This document shows, one piece after another, positions 37,545 to 50,574 of a stretch of DNA of 64,000 nt. The DNA lies in contig NC_083410.1 of assembly GCF_020745735.1 (NCBI RefSeq), forward strand, positions 55,216,117-55,280,116. Reading direction: 5' to 3'. Below the pieces are notes generated by a model that worked only from the letters and a program-made list of their open reading frames with translations, ran no database searches and was not told where the DNA came from. Every line of letters starts with the position of its first letter. Position 1 is the first letter of the stretch. Source of the stretch: Hemiscyllium ocellatum. Its lineage: Eukaryota. The translations under genes were made by a program, and so were the position numbers.

Positions 37545-38060
37545 AACTCAACTGAACATCACAACTGACCACTCGAATCACCTACTGTGTTAATGATCTA
37601 ATCATCCACCTATCCACTTGACCAACTCCACAGCTAGTCAACTCCTCCCAGGCAACTCAATTTCTAACCCCAGTTCGTTATTGCTCATCTAATCTAATAC
37701 CAACCTGCCAACAGCTTACTTTTTTACCCCTCGACATACAACTACTGAACCACCAGATAACTCCCATAGAACCTCAGTTACTTCCCATTCATGAGGTTAC
37801 CTAACCCAACACTACCTTAACCCAACTCTCACATCACCACCAATTACCCACCGAGCTCTGATCACCAATGCAACCACCCAACCAGCCACCAGACCACCCA
37901 CTTGACTACCCAGACACCAGCCCTACCACATGACTACTTGGCCAAATACTCATATGATTATTCATCCAGTCACCCAAATACCCACACAAACTTCTGACTA
38001 CTTACTGGACCATCTGACTACCCAGCCAACATCCAACTATTCAGCCACTCATCCACCTTC
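37545..38060. repeat. G-poor, A/C-rich degenerate low-complexity repeat
   Basis: Recurrent ccacccaa, actacc and ccaact units with strong strand asymmetry. Confidence 0.55.
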
Positions 38061-39929
38061 CACTGTACTTGGAAAGGCAATGCCCAATTCACTGAGGGTG
38101 TTCATTAAATTCATTCAAGTTATTGAAACTGAAATGCATTATGCAACATTCAAGTAAATGCCAAGAAACAAATGAGAAAACATTTTAGAAATGTATAGGA
38201 CTTTTAGGGATGTTGGAGGCATAACTGTTGGAAACTTGCCCAAGCATATATCCAAACACAGACAGGGTAAGAGAAAATAAGAGTATTGTGGGTTTTTTAA
38301 AAAATAGAAAATGTAACACTTTTGTGGATCAAGAGTCCAATCTAATTGGGTAGATTATGTTGACTTTTCAGCGTTCTTTCTGCTCCTTGTCAATGACGCA
38401 GGTTGTTATTGCTTGCAAAGCAATGGAAGATATGCAGATACAATATACCTATAGATATATTCTGCCCTGAGATAATTTTGCTGATTTGAAAACTCCTGGC
38501 GGGGAGGACTTAGTCCATAGCTAGTAAAGATAACTAAATTCCTTCAATGATCTAAAGTTTCTTCTCAGTTGTGATTTTGAGCTGATAATACGTTTGACCG
38601 AGTATGCTTATTTTATCAAAGACGGAAGGAAGGTAGGAGAACTATTAACACACTCATCATTCACTCACTGACTTATACACTCACTAATCCACTAATCACT
38701 GGATGATTAAAAGTATAACTGAACATGACAGCCACTGTCCAGAACGTGAATCTTGTCCTTTCCTCATCTGCCTTTTTTTCTACCCACTCTTTTTCTCTGG
38801 TAAACTTTGTCCCATCCTCTGATGGATCAAAGGTATCAGCTGAAAAATCTCAGGAATGTTGAATTGCAGAAGTCTTCACGGGCTAGGTGAATGTGTGCAG
38901 AATCAATACTGACTCGGAGATCTGGCCCAACATGTTAGGAGTTCTGTTCTGACATTGAAAACCTCTTGGATTCAATGACGTTTGTGCCTTCCGTTAGAGT
39001 ACTGGTGTCTTATTCTTATGAGAATTGACTCTTACTGATCCCTCATTGCTCATCTGCGAACATAATGGCATCCACATCTGATCTGGCCTGCATAGTTATT
39101 TCTTATGTGAATTTCATCAGTTTCTAAAGATGACTCAGGATGTCTTTTATTTGTTTTAATGAATAGACAAAGACTGCTGTCCTGTGCAGCTATTAATAAT
39201 GGATTAAAATTATTTGAAGATTTAGTACATATATAAACCTACATATAAAATCAACATCTGTATATAGCCACCAGTGATGAACAGCCAGTCAGGATCAAAT
39301 GTCTTTCTTTAATTTCTTCTCTCCTCGAGTTTGGATCTCACCTCATCTGTACTGTTTCTATGTTGCACCAATCTCTTGATCTCAGCAACAATAAGTCTAA
39401 ACCTACATTTTCAATATCAGTCATTATCATTTACAAAGCAGACCTAAAAAAAAGACTTGAATCTATTACATCTTACAGATTGAATTATATAGAAAATAGC
39501 AGTGCATTCACAAAATAACAAGTTTTCAAAAGGTTCACACTACAAAACCAACAATATTGAGACTCTAAATGAAGCAGGCTTCAAAGACACTTTGTATAGA
39601 GGAAGTCATTCTCTCAGCAAGGCCCATCAATTTTCTGTTAACAAAGGTGACCGCTCTTACAGTCTTCTGGTTTCTATGTGCCTGTATTTTTGAGGGCATT
39701 TCCCTTGTAAAAAGAAATAAAGTTCAGTCACGCAGCAGCACTGTGGATGTGCTGTAGAAATGCATAGTGCCAGCACCTGCTGCTGGCATGGCACAAACCA
39801 GTTCAAAATGCCACCTGTATGGGGCATCCTGTAAAGCAGTATATCCTGATGACACACAGAGTAGGTTCAGAACATAACAAACTTTCACAAAAGAATGACC
39901 TATTGCTAAGCCAGAGGTAAAGGACAGTT

Positions 39930-40035
39930 TGAAACAAACACAAAGAATGCTGAAGAAACTCAGCAGGTCTGGCAGCATCTGAGGAGAGGGGAAAAGAGTT
40001 AATATTTACAATCTGGTATGACTCTTGTTCAGAAT
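39930..40035 (-). mobile_element. Old Penelope-terminus fragment
   Basis: gctgaagaaactcagcaggtctggcagcatctg is the exact reverse complement of the core of 54379-54411. Confidence 0.75.
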
Positions 40036-40345
40036 CGATGATGTGGTACTTTCGTGTCTCAAGATTCCTAACATAAATCTCCATACACTCAGTTTCTATT
40101 TCCCAACCTGGTGTCTTGCAGGTCTCCTGACGCTTAAGAACAAAAGACAAAATTCTTCCTCTTCACCTCCTGCACAATATTCAAAAATATCTAAGTGCCA
40201 CTTTCTCCCAAGATGCACCATTCTTCAATGCTTACCAAGTCAGAAATACTTTTTGTATTATTACCAGAAACTGCTCCAGTTACACCTCTTTGTGGAGTTG
40301 AAAACTAGTTTAGGTTCTAGGTTTAATTAGTGTAAACTATTCACA

Positions 40346-40557
40346 GTTAAGAGTGTGGTGCTGGAAAATCACAGCAGGTCAGGCAGCATCCAAGGAGCAT
40401 GAGAATTGACATTTCGGATATAAGGTCTTCCTAATGAAGGGCTTATGCCCAAAATGTCGATTGTCCTCTTCCTCGGATGCTGCCTGACCTGCTGTGACTT
40501 TCCAACACCACACTCTTGACTCTATTCTCCAGTATCTGCAGTCTTTACTTTCTCCTA
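40346..40557 (+). mobile_element. Penelope-terminus fold-back insertion
   Basis: Inverted arms. 14 bp TSD GTAAAC(T/C)ATTCACA at 40332-40345 and 40558-40571. Confidence 0.9.
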
Positions 40558-40574
40558 GTAAACCATTCACAAAG

Positions 40575-40815
40575 TGGCAGAAGTGATGCAGCAGTCATAC
40601 CACTGGCCAAGTAATCCAGAGCCCCAGGCTAATGTTCTACAATTGTCAATTGTCATAAAAACTTAACTGGCTCACTGCTGGCTATAGGGAAGGAAACATC
40701 TTCCTTACCTATTCTGGCTTACAGATGACACCTTATCCATTGCCATGTGGCTGCCTGTTAAATTGGGCAAATAGGGATCGGCAACGAATGGCCAGTGAGG
40801 TCCACATCCCATCAA
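40575..40815 (+). mobile_element. Ancient tRNA-derived SINE (Deu-domain-like)
   Basis: gtaatccagagccccaggctaatg...gtcataaaaac...agggaaggaaa...ccttacc. Related to 10690-11065 and 50575-50830. Confidence 0.6.
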
Positions 40816-40876
40816 TAACTTTTATGAAATGTGTTATTCTTATTTGAATGTATCCAGACAACGTGTTTAGTGTTGG

Positions 40877-41004
40877 GAGAAAGTGAAGACTGCAGATGCT
40901 GGAGATCAGAGCTGGAAATGTGTTACTGGAAAAGTACAGCAGGTCAGGCAGCATCCAAGAAGCAGGAGAATCGATGTTTCGGGCATGAGCCCTTCTTCAG
41001 AAAT
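40877..41004 (-). mobile_element. Penelope-terminus mini-insertion (hammerhead plus tail)
   Basis: Perfect 14 bp TSD GTGTTTAGTGTTGG at 40863-40876 and 41005-41018. Minus strand has CTGAAGA-A-GGGC-TCAT-GCCC-GAAA-CA-TC. Confidence 0.92.
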
Positions 41005-41584
41005 GTGTTTAGTGTTGGCTGGATTCCGAAAACATTAAACTAAGAGATGGCACAAAATTGTCATGCTGTTTGCATTACCACCAATGAACATAATGCAAGC
41101 ATCAATCATGACCTTGATGTATATTCTTTAGGGGGAAACAAATCTAGCTCCAGCAATCCTCCATTGCTCAGAAATGTTAAAGTTAAGTCATGGTAATCAT
41201 TCTAAGACGAGCCTTGAAATGTTTTGATGAGATAATTATACCTTAGTTGTTATTGTTTTAAGCACAATTCTCTGTGAAACAGCCAAATCAGTGCAACAGA
41301 TTGTTAAAAGTCAAATGCAAATTATAGTCAGCACAATTGTGTTTCTGGAGACTTTCACACTAATTTAAAATGTCTCTGCAAGACATACACACACACACAT
41401 ACACACTGCAAAATTTGTTCCCATTCAAAAGTGTAACAGTCTGCAACTCCTCAAGTGAAATAAAAGTGATTAAGAAGGGAGGTCCAAAATAAACAGGGCA
41501 TCAAAATTGGCCAAAACGTGAAGTATGCTGGGAATGCCTGAGCTAAAACAGACAATTCTGTAGGGAGACAAGTCATTGCGAGAT

Positions 41585-41740
41585 CCAAACACAGCAGGTC
41601 AGGTAGCATCTGAGGAGCAGCAAGCTCTGCCTGGCCGGTTGTGCTTTTCCAGCTCTCGACTCTGATCTCCAGCATCTGTGGTCCTCACTTGGTCCTAGTT
41701 GATATTAACCTTACTGTGGAGCCTCTTCCAAAGATGCAAC
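41585..41740 (+). mobile_element. Penelope-terminus fold-back fragment
   Basis: cacagcaggtcagg pairs with cctggccggttgtg. Tail ctgatctccagcatctg. Confidence 0.8.
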
Positions 41741-43599
41741 CTCAGACAACTGAAGCCAGAGCGTCACCAGAATAATTCAGGAGACTGTAGACTGTAGACT
41801 GGTGCTTTGTGGTCCTTTCCTCATACATGTTAAGGTATCTGCATAAATCAATATTGTGCATACTGGTTGAGGAGTCTGCAAGTTCTTAGAAACACCCTGA
41901 TCCAGAGAACAAAAGGTTTCCATAATTGACCCCATTTGTGAGGTTTCGGGATTAAGCTGGTTACTTTAGGATGAAATAATGTTGTATTTTAAAACCTTTT
42001 TCAGATATTTACTGTTCACAGGTTCATCTTATGGAAAGAAAGCTGGTAGCTTGGCCATCACTATCCATAGCTGCAGACAATGATCTGCAGGCTAAGTGCA
42101 TATTGGTACAATAACATAGACCTCCTGCGTGATCTGCAAAACGTCACCATCACTTACAGGTTACAGATCAGCAATCTTGCTTTTAAAAGCTCCTTTTTGT
42201 GATAAGCTCATTTCAAGTTACATTAATCAAATACAGCAGGTTACCACTCACATCAAGTAATATTTCCCAAAGCAAAATATGATTTGAAAGTGCTTTTGAT
42301 GATGTTATCCAATTGTGCTTGTTCACAGTGCATTTTACATTTGACAATTTGCAAATTGGTTTGAACTGAAACTTGATGCAGTAAAAGTATTTTAAAAATG
42401 AGTATCATTTTGTTGCAATTCATAATTAGAGTACTGATCACAGCCAAATTAGAATATTGATGAATCGTTAAGAAGACATTTGTGTGCTATTTTGATTCAG
42501 TTCAATTGTCTTCATTATAATTTTGGGCATTGTTTATTTTTGCAGGAAAATAAAGAGTTGGTGTTCTGGTTGGAGGAGCCATATAACCTGTTCAGAATGA
42601 AGTTTGAGAAGGCCAGGAAATCAGGCAGGAATTCTTTGTGACAAATTCTGATTTGATTTGCACCGAAAGCAATTGTATAGCCACCATAAAAACATTCTTA
42701 CGCCTGCATATGAGAAAGTTTCATTAAAACCTAAATCCTGTGTGAATCAAAAAGATTACATTGAGAATTCCTGTGTGCTGAGATTCCCATGTAATGTAGA
42801 TGAAAACGAGTAAATAGATTTGACCATTTTAGGAAATTAAAATATGCATTTTTGTATTTTTCACTTCTGCAATAATCATAAATTATACTCAGATTTGAAC
42901 TTTGCAAGACAAGGGCAGATATAAAGAATCAAGTTCATTTGTACTGCATGTGAACTAAGCATTCTGGGTGGTAATTTTGCAAACTCAGGGATGTTTAACA
43001 AAAAATTTAAAAAATCGGTGAGTTTTACTCTGTCCATTTTACCAGAGTGGCAAGAACTAGTTATGATATATGCAGAAATATGGTCTGCGACGAGGCCATA
43101 CGCTGTGAGAGGCCTAAGTACAACACAGTTGACATTGTCACCTCCTTTCATGTTGCCTCAATGAACATTTAAAAATGTTAGTTGAGAATGGACACATTAG
43201 TGTTCATCAGTGCAAGCATTGTTAGTTTTGCTATGGTGATTAAGAAACTCTTAAAAAAAAATCAGTCCCATTTTCCTGACATTAGTTACAAGTTTGAGAG
43301 TTCAAGCACCCACTTGACAGAGTACTCCATTAGAAGGCTGTCATTGTTGGAGAAACAATGGTGAGTCTTCACCACTGTCATATGACTTTACCAAGTGGAC
43401 TGGACGCTGGATTAAACTGCAAATCAAAACATCAGGGAAAGGCAACATCTCATTAGATTTGCTGCACCATCTTGTTCCACTGGCAAAATAATACCTGTTT
43501 GCATGCTTCTCAATCAGGATCAGAAATGGTAATTTGCCCAAATCTCATGTGAAGCAATAGCAATTGCTGAAAACCTGGAAATCTGGCAGATGTCCCCAG

Positions 43600-45360
43600 G
43601 ACCATTTTGCCCTGGAATAACTCATTCTTTTAAGAATGAGGCATATCATAACCTCATCCCTGCTTCAAGAGCAGTCTGCCTTCAGACTACAACATGATTG
43701 CTGTGAAAAGATTGCTACTATCGTCATGACCTACAAGGCTAATTTTCATCACAAACTTGAGATTGAAGCTGCTTTCATCCAGTTTTGTTTCGCCTATGAT
43801 ACTGTGAGGAAGTGATTCTTGGTACAAAGTACTTAAACATTGCTAAAAGAACACCAGAAATTGAAGCATTTTGTCTACCACACACACACAGTCATTTAGT
43901 ATCCAAGTTCCAAAGCTGGTAATGTCAAGTATGCAGACTCTACATGACAATATCATGCAGACCATATCAAACAACCATTCACAGCTGGGTGCACGCTGAC
44001 CGTGCTCAACCAGGTCATGCTTGCAAATCTCAGAAAAGTATATCCACCAATGTGATTCTGCCTTTGGAAATCCTTTGTCAAATAATCAGAACTGTGCTAA
44101 GAGTTACAAAAGAAACCAGTTTAAGATAATCAGTCAGGCCTGCAGTGTGATGCAATTGCAGGTGCTAGAAGCTACATACAAAACTACTTGAGATCCTATC
44201 TTCATGGCAAAATCTTGGCCAATAGAATCCTCCTGCCCAGTCTGGGAATGAAGATTGACAGTTAACTGCTCTTGTTACATTTCCATGCTATTTGTGGCTG
44301 AACCAATTAGCACCTTATCCTCATTTTGTATAACATGGTATCTCTTCCATGAAATTAAATTCTTGCATCTTTGCTCTGATGATTGTATGACAAAAAGCTT
44401 AAACTTCTAGTCTTATTTCATTGTACCCTCTACTTCAACTACTCGGACATTTCTGATTAACAAAACAATGAAGGTCTATCTATAAGACACACTAAACAAC
44501 CCATGAATACTCAGTGGTCTCCAATAAGGCAATACCCTGGCACTGAATCTTTTGAACATTTGCATAGACATCATATGTCTACCATATCAGGAAAATGTAT
44601 ATACATCAACAATATCATCTTGAAAATTCAGGCAAAATCTTTCCAACATAAACTGTGATAAACTGCCAGAAATAACTAATATTTCCACAAGTGGAGACTG
44701 TAACCAAACCCAGTAAATTCTATTTTGTCAGTATCTTGGATTGAAAATTGCAATGCTGAAAATGTGTTGCTGGAAAAGCGCAGCAGGTCAGGCAGCATCC
44801 AAGGAGCAGGAGAATCGACGTTTCTTCACGGCTCATGCCCGAAACATCGATTCTCCTGCTCCTTGAATGCTGCCTGACCTGCTGCACTTTTCCAGCAACA
44901 CATTTTCAGCTCTGATCTCCAGCATCTGCAGTCCTCACTTTCTCCTTGAAAATTACAATGTATGTACTGTAAAAGTCACCTTCTACAGAACAGAAGTGTG
45001 GTATAACCCATTTCCTACCTAACTTGGAGTTTTCCTTGACTACTCCTTAACTTACAATCATCACCACTGAAAGAAAGACTGCTGAAAAGATACAAATGCA
45101 GGCTCCAAAGCCTCATCAACAAAAGAAAATACTCCCCACTTCTTTTGTTACTCTAGTCTTGTCAACAACTTAGCGCTGTACATCCATGTGAGCCTCATGT
45201 TGTCACAGTAAACCAATTGACACACAACTGTTGCAATGTCTTATGATGCAGCAATAACAAGACAATCCAATCAACCTTATTATCATTGGATACGTAAACC
45301 AGTGAACTTCAATAATCAATGACCCACAAAATTGCCCAGTTGTTTTTAACTGGAAGTTAC
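43600..45360 (+). mobile_element. Ancient I-group (Vingi/Ingi-like) non-LTR retrotransposon RT remnant
   Basis: Ordered remnants: QEQSAFR..DCC (43666), IEAAF (43762), AYDTV (43792), GLQ*GNTLALNLLNI (~44516), YFHKWRL*PNP (44680), NPFPT*LGVFLDYSLTY (~45005-45055). Confidence 0.7.
44756..44945 (+). mobile_element. Penelope-terminus fold-back insertion
   Basis: ~70 bp near-perfect inverted arms. 15 bp TSD TTGAAAATT(G/A)CAATG at 44741-44755 and 44946-44960. Confidence 0.93.
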
Positions 45361-46199
45361 AAATGCCATATCATAGACACCAAGCTGATAACTGTAAATA
45401 GTGTACTATTAACACTATGACTTTGGCAAGATAAAGCTAAACAATAAGGTAATTGGATTAATATCTATGATTTAAATCCAATCTTCTCTGATCATAACCC
45501 CCACTCATGCACAGACAGACTGGAGGACAAACATAGTGAAGGTATCAATTTCAAAGAAATTAAAATCGTAATTTGTTAGTTCATTTAAACAGTTTCAAAT
45601 GATGGATGCCAAACCTTTGTTCAATCCTTGGATAATAAGTTATTTTCAGGTTTGTGATTGTACATCTAATTCTGAACTTACTGGTGAGTAAAACAGTTCC
45701 AGATGCATTTACTTACTTAGAGATTGGGATTCTTTTTGTTACAACATACAACAATTCAACAACTGGATATAAAAATAAAAAGAGTGCTACACAGAGTAGC
45801 CAGTCCTGAAGCTTGCAAAACCACTCTGCACCAGCCAAAACCTGTCAGAACTGGTTTTCTTCATCCTTTTCTTTTTATCAACCATTTCTACAGCTGGCTG
45901 GTTGGTATCAATCCTCCCTTAGTTGATCACCTCAAAATCCGATCAGCTACCAACACTGAGTATGGCAACATTCATGTCAAATCACCTAAAGTGTTCTTTA
46001 GTTTGGTAATTAAGTTGCAATCTTGTCTTCAAGTTGTTATCTTGCATGTCAGTTCCCAACAGCAAACATCTTTGTTTATTTTCTTCTATTTTAAAACACA
46101 CAGCTGTTCAGCGTTCAACTGACTCTAAACTCCAATCATGTTTCAACCAGAGAAAAACGAAAAATAGTGAGGGTCTCCTTGCTGACAAAATGAAAGTCC

Positions 46200-46735
46200 A
46201 GATGACCCAGTACAACCCATGGACAAAACCAATGTCATCTACAAAATTCCATGCAAGGACTGCCACAAACACTACATAGGACAGACAGGAAGAAAGTTAG
46301 CCACCAGGATACACGGACACCAGCTAGCCACAAAAAGACATGAGCCTCTCTCCCTCGTAACCCTACACTCGGATGAAAAAAAACACCAATTCGACTGGGA
46401 CAACACATCTATCCTGGGACAGGCTAAGCAAAGACATGCCAGAGAATTCCTAGAGGCCCGGCACTCCAACCACAACGCCATAAACAAACACATGGATCTA
46501 GATACCATCTATCAACCCCTCAGAAAACAAACAGGAAATGACATCACCACAAACCCCAGGAACCCCATCCAGGACAAACATAGAAATAGAAAGCAGGAGA
46601 CAACAACTTCGCTTCACTTGGAGGTCGCCACTGATGATGTTACCAAGCCAAGTAATGAAACGTCTGGATATCAAACCTACAGCTCAGCGAACAAAGCTAC
46701 TCCCTAAACCTCAACCTAAGCTACAAACCTTGCTA
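46200..46735 (+). mobile_element. Penelope-like element family 3, 5'-truncated (GIY-YIG endonuclease plus 3' end)
   Basis: NVIYKIPCKDCHKHYIGQTGRKLATRIHGH...HQFDWDNTSIL...REFLEA is a GIY-YIG domain. Confidence 0.92.
46628..46667 (+). ncRNA. Minimal hammerhead ribozyme motif (family 3, GUC site)
   Basis: CCA-CTGATGA-T-GTTAC-CAAGCCAA-GTAAT-GAAA-CG-TC-TGG. Stem I CCA/TGG, stem II GTTAC/GTAAT. Confidence 0.78.
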
Positions 46736-47359
46736 AAGTACATTAATAAGTCTAAATTCTGATTAGGTCAGCCATTTATTGTAGCCTCAATCACTCCTCC
46801 ACAATCTGAATAATTGAAGCACTGGCTTTTATGCTTATCCTCCATCCCATACACCTCAGTCCACAACATCCGATCTGGGTGCCAATAACAGCAGTTAGCA
46901 TTATGGCTGGTGATGTCCCAAACCTGAAACTATGTGACACACATCTCTCAGCCACACCAGTTGTAGTGCCTCATAAAGACATTGCCTCCAAATGCCAGGG
47001 GACTTCTGTGCTCATGCTTATATAGGACAGGACATCTACCCTTTCTGACACTGGAGCCAGGTCCTTCACAACACCACAGTACATGTCTGCCAGCTTCATC
47101 TGAGCAGTTCCGGTGGAGATGGAGAGGATGCCTCTGGCCATATAGTGAGAGGAGAAACAGTCTTCAGGGTGGGCATGTGACTGTACAGCAGAGTGCTATG
47201 TCAACATCATACCTACAGCACGTGCCAGCTGCTTATGCAATGAATATACAACACTTGCTTCAACTAAATAGTTGCATCTGAAGGTCAAAGGAGAAGAGTC
47301 CTAAGTAGGGTCAAGGAAGAATGATAGACAGTTAAATATATTGGTATTGCCTCACCATG

Positions 47360-47565
47360 GTCTTAACAGACCATAGGGCTGCTGTCTCATTAGAGAGAGA
47401 TGATTAGTGGTAATTTTACCTGAGGGTCACCATACCTTTGGCAAGAGGAGAGGTTGGAAAAGAGAGTCCTTCATGATAACATCAGCCAGTGCAGGAATTG
47501 AACAAGAGCTGTCATTATCACACTGCTTCCCAAGTCAAACATCCAGCCAACTGAGCTAAACTAAG
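47360..47565 (-). mobile_element. tRNA-derived SINE, unidentified family
   Basis: Minus-strand A-box tagctcagttgg and B-box gttcaattcc. The spacing and 3' body are not those of a tRNA gene. Confidence 0.65.
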
Positions 47566-47789
47566 CCCCTCAGTCAGATGTATAGCCATGTTTAGTCAAG
47601 GGGCTCTTTGAACAAGACTTCTAAGGTTTGGGTAGTCAGGTAGGGTCTTGGCCTGATCCATATCTTTGCAGCCGAGGGATTATGCCATAGTTACTCCTGC
47701 AGGTCAAGTGTAACCATTCCGAGGGTCACAAGCTGATGGGTTGTGGAGATGTTAGCCAAGAGGTGGACCATGTTCAGTCAGGGCTGAAT

Positions 47790-49850
47790 ACAGAAACATG
47801 GAAAATGTGAGGAGAAGTAGTTGGCCATTTAGTCCTTTGAGCCTGTTCTGCTGGCTGATCATTAAACTCAGCATGTTGTTCCCATTTTCTCCCCATACCC
47901 TTTGGTCCCTGTAACCCTACAAAATATATCTACCTCCATTAAAATATTCAATACTTGGCCTCAACTACTGTCTGGGGCAGAGAATCCCACAGGCTCACAG
48001 CTCTCTGAATGATGAAGTTTCCCTTCCTCTCAGTCCAAAATGGCCTATCCTGTATCCTTAAACAATATGCCCTGGTTCTGGACTCCCTAGTCCTGTTGAA
48101 TTATGATTGCGTTCAGAGGATCCCCTTCATTCTTCTAAACGCCAGTGAATATAGTCCTCAGTGATACAATGTCTTTTCATATGTCAGACCTGCCATCCAG
48201 GAATCAATCAGGGAAACCTTTGTTGTGCTGTCTCCAAAGTCAGAACTTCCTTCTTCAGGTAAGGATACCAAAACTGTGCACAATACACCCGGTGTTGTTC
48301 CCTAAGGCCCTGTATGATTGCAGCTCCAGTACTTGAATCCTCTCCTTAAGAAGGCCAAAATACCATTCACCTTCTTCACCGCCTGGTGCAAATGCATGCT
48401 TACATTCAGTGACTGGTGAACAAGGAGGCCATGTGCACTTGCTCCCCTTTATTCTTTACTTCTTTGAAAAATTCCAAAAGATTTGTCAAGCACGATTTTA
48501 TTTTTGTAAATCCAGGCTGACTCTATCTTACCATTTCCTGTTTTCTCAGTGGTCTGCTATTAAATCTTTTATAGTGGACTCTAGCATTTTCCCATTATCG
48601 ACATTCAGACTAACCAGCCTATAATTCCCTGTTTTCTCTTTACCACTATTTTTTAAATAGTGAGGTTAAATTATCTCCCCTCCAATCCACAGGAATTGTT
48701 TCAGAGTGAAAGATGACCATCAATTTCTAGGGTCAGTAAGTACTCTGGGATGCAAATTACCAGGTCCTGTGTCTCCCAACATTTTCAGGTCATTTTTGGT
48801 GACCTCTTTGTAAAGATTGAACCCATAACATGTGTTCAATTGGTCTATCATTTCTTTGTTCCCCATTATAACCTGCTGTTTCTGATTGTAAGGGCTCTAC
48901 ATTTGTCTTTGCTAATCTTTTTTTTCTTTTCACGTGGAAGCTTTTACAATCAATTTGTGTATTCCTCACTGGCTTCCTCTGAGAATCCATTTTCCCTCTT
49001 GTTATCAATTCCTCAGTCATCCTTTGCTGAATTCTAAACTGCCCCAATCCTCAAATGTGCTGCTGTTTTTGCCCATTCATATATGTACCTTCCCCTGGAT
49101 CTAACATTGTCCTTAACTTTCCTTGTTAGCTCTGATCAGGCCACGTTTCCCCTTTTGTTTACTTGCTGAACAAGAATGAGCAAATGTTATAGTTGCTCCA
49201 TGCTATCTTTGCATGTTTGCCATTGCCTATCCACCATCATGGATTCTGGGTAATCCAAAATGGAGGTCGGGAAAAAGTTGCGGCTGTAAGAGCTGCTTCT
49301 TTTCCAGGAGCTATAATCATTGTTTTGTAAGCTGCTGCATTCTTTTGAGAACTTTGGGGGAGAAAAAGATCTAACCAACAGCACTTTTGAAAAAAAGGAA
49401 GTGAGATAAAGGCAGTGACCACATGGTGGGAAATGCTGCCAGAGGAAGTGGTGGAGGCTGGTATAATTTCAAAGGTATCTGGATGGGCATGTGAATAGGA
49501 AGAGTTTAGAGGGATATGGGCCAAATGCTGACAAATAGACTAGACTTATTTAGGAAAGCTGGGCAGCATGGACGAGTTGAACCAAAGGGTCTCTTTCTGT
49601 GTTGCATATCTCAATGACTCTATGACTATCATCTATTTAGCTACCATTACGCAATTTATCATAGCCAGCTCGCATCTCATGCCATCATCTTTTTCTCTGT
49701 CAGGGTTCAGGACCCTCGTTTCAGAATCAACTATGTCACTCTTCAGCTTATTGAATAATTATTTCATATTATGATCACTCTTCTCCAAGGGGTCTCATAA
49801 CTAGATTGTCAACTGTTCCTTTCTCATTACACAGCACCCAATCTAGGTGT
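47790..49850 (-). mobile_element. Old CR1 LINE remnant with internal deletions (3' end to endonuclease region)
   Basis: CR1 3'UTR on - at ~47790-48100, DCKSFHVKRKKRLAKTNVEPLQSETA, and PLEKSDHN (APE SDH motif) at ~49770-49790. Confidence 0.75.
49425..49627 (+). mobile_element. CR1 3'-terminal fragment
   Basis: ctgccagaggaagtggtggaggctgg...ctcaatgactctatgact matches the 3' ends at 5913 and 7300. Confidence 0.85.
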
Positions 49851-50574
49851 TATGTACAGGAGGTCAGGTTAGTCCTGCATGTTTGGCCAAAAGCAGTCAG
49901 AGTCTTATCGTGGGTCAGTTCATGGAGTCCTTGGGGACAGCAGGCAACCAAAGTTTAGGGAAGAACTTAATTTTATAGAATCACTGAGGGAATGGTGACA
50001 GTGACAGGGAACCACAGGACTGTGACCATAGAGTGAATGGACAGGGACATCGAGGAGATCTGGAAGTGGAGAGGAGCTCAAACAGATTAAGGGAACTCAG
50101 GTCTGTACATAGGGAGGGTGTAGGGCTAACAAGTGCATGAGAATTTCTGAAGTCATGATCTCTGTGGGTAAAGTGGGGATAGTAAGAGTTATTTAAAAGG
50201 GGCTCAACAGAAATTGTGGGAGGATGCAAAGCCATCAAGGCCACACGAACATCAACACAAAAGAGAACATAAATGATAGGGGACAATGCATGCATCACGG
50301 AAAGAATCTGCAATTCAATCACATTGAAACAAAGCTGGAATCCTGCCATGTTGGCTCGAAATTGAGAGCCACCATGTGCAGTATGGTTGGTGTAAATTCT
50401 TACAATTTTCCTTTGGGGATGGAATAAAACTTTTGGAATGTGAGATCTTGCTAGGGGGCTTTACAGTAATCATGTCTCCTCTGATTCAGTAATTCCATCC
50501 ATCTGGTTTCAATTTGTACCTTATTTGTAGGTCATTTATTATCTAAAAATGTGTATCTTCTTTGCTTATTTAGA

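Noticed and set aside
42546-42641. Strong + strand acceptor followed by ENKELVFWLEEPYNLFRMKFEKARKSGRNSL*
   Set aside because: No recognisable homology and no paired donor. Isolated acceptors are common by chance.
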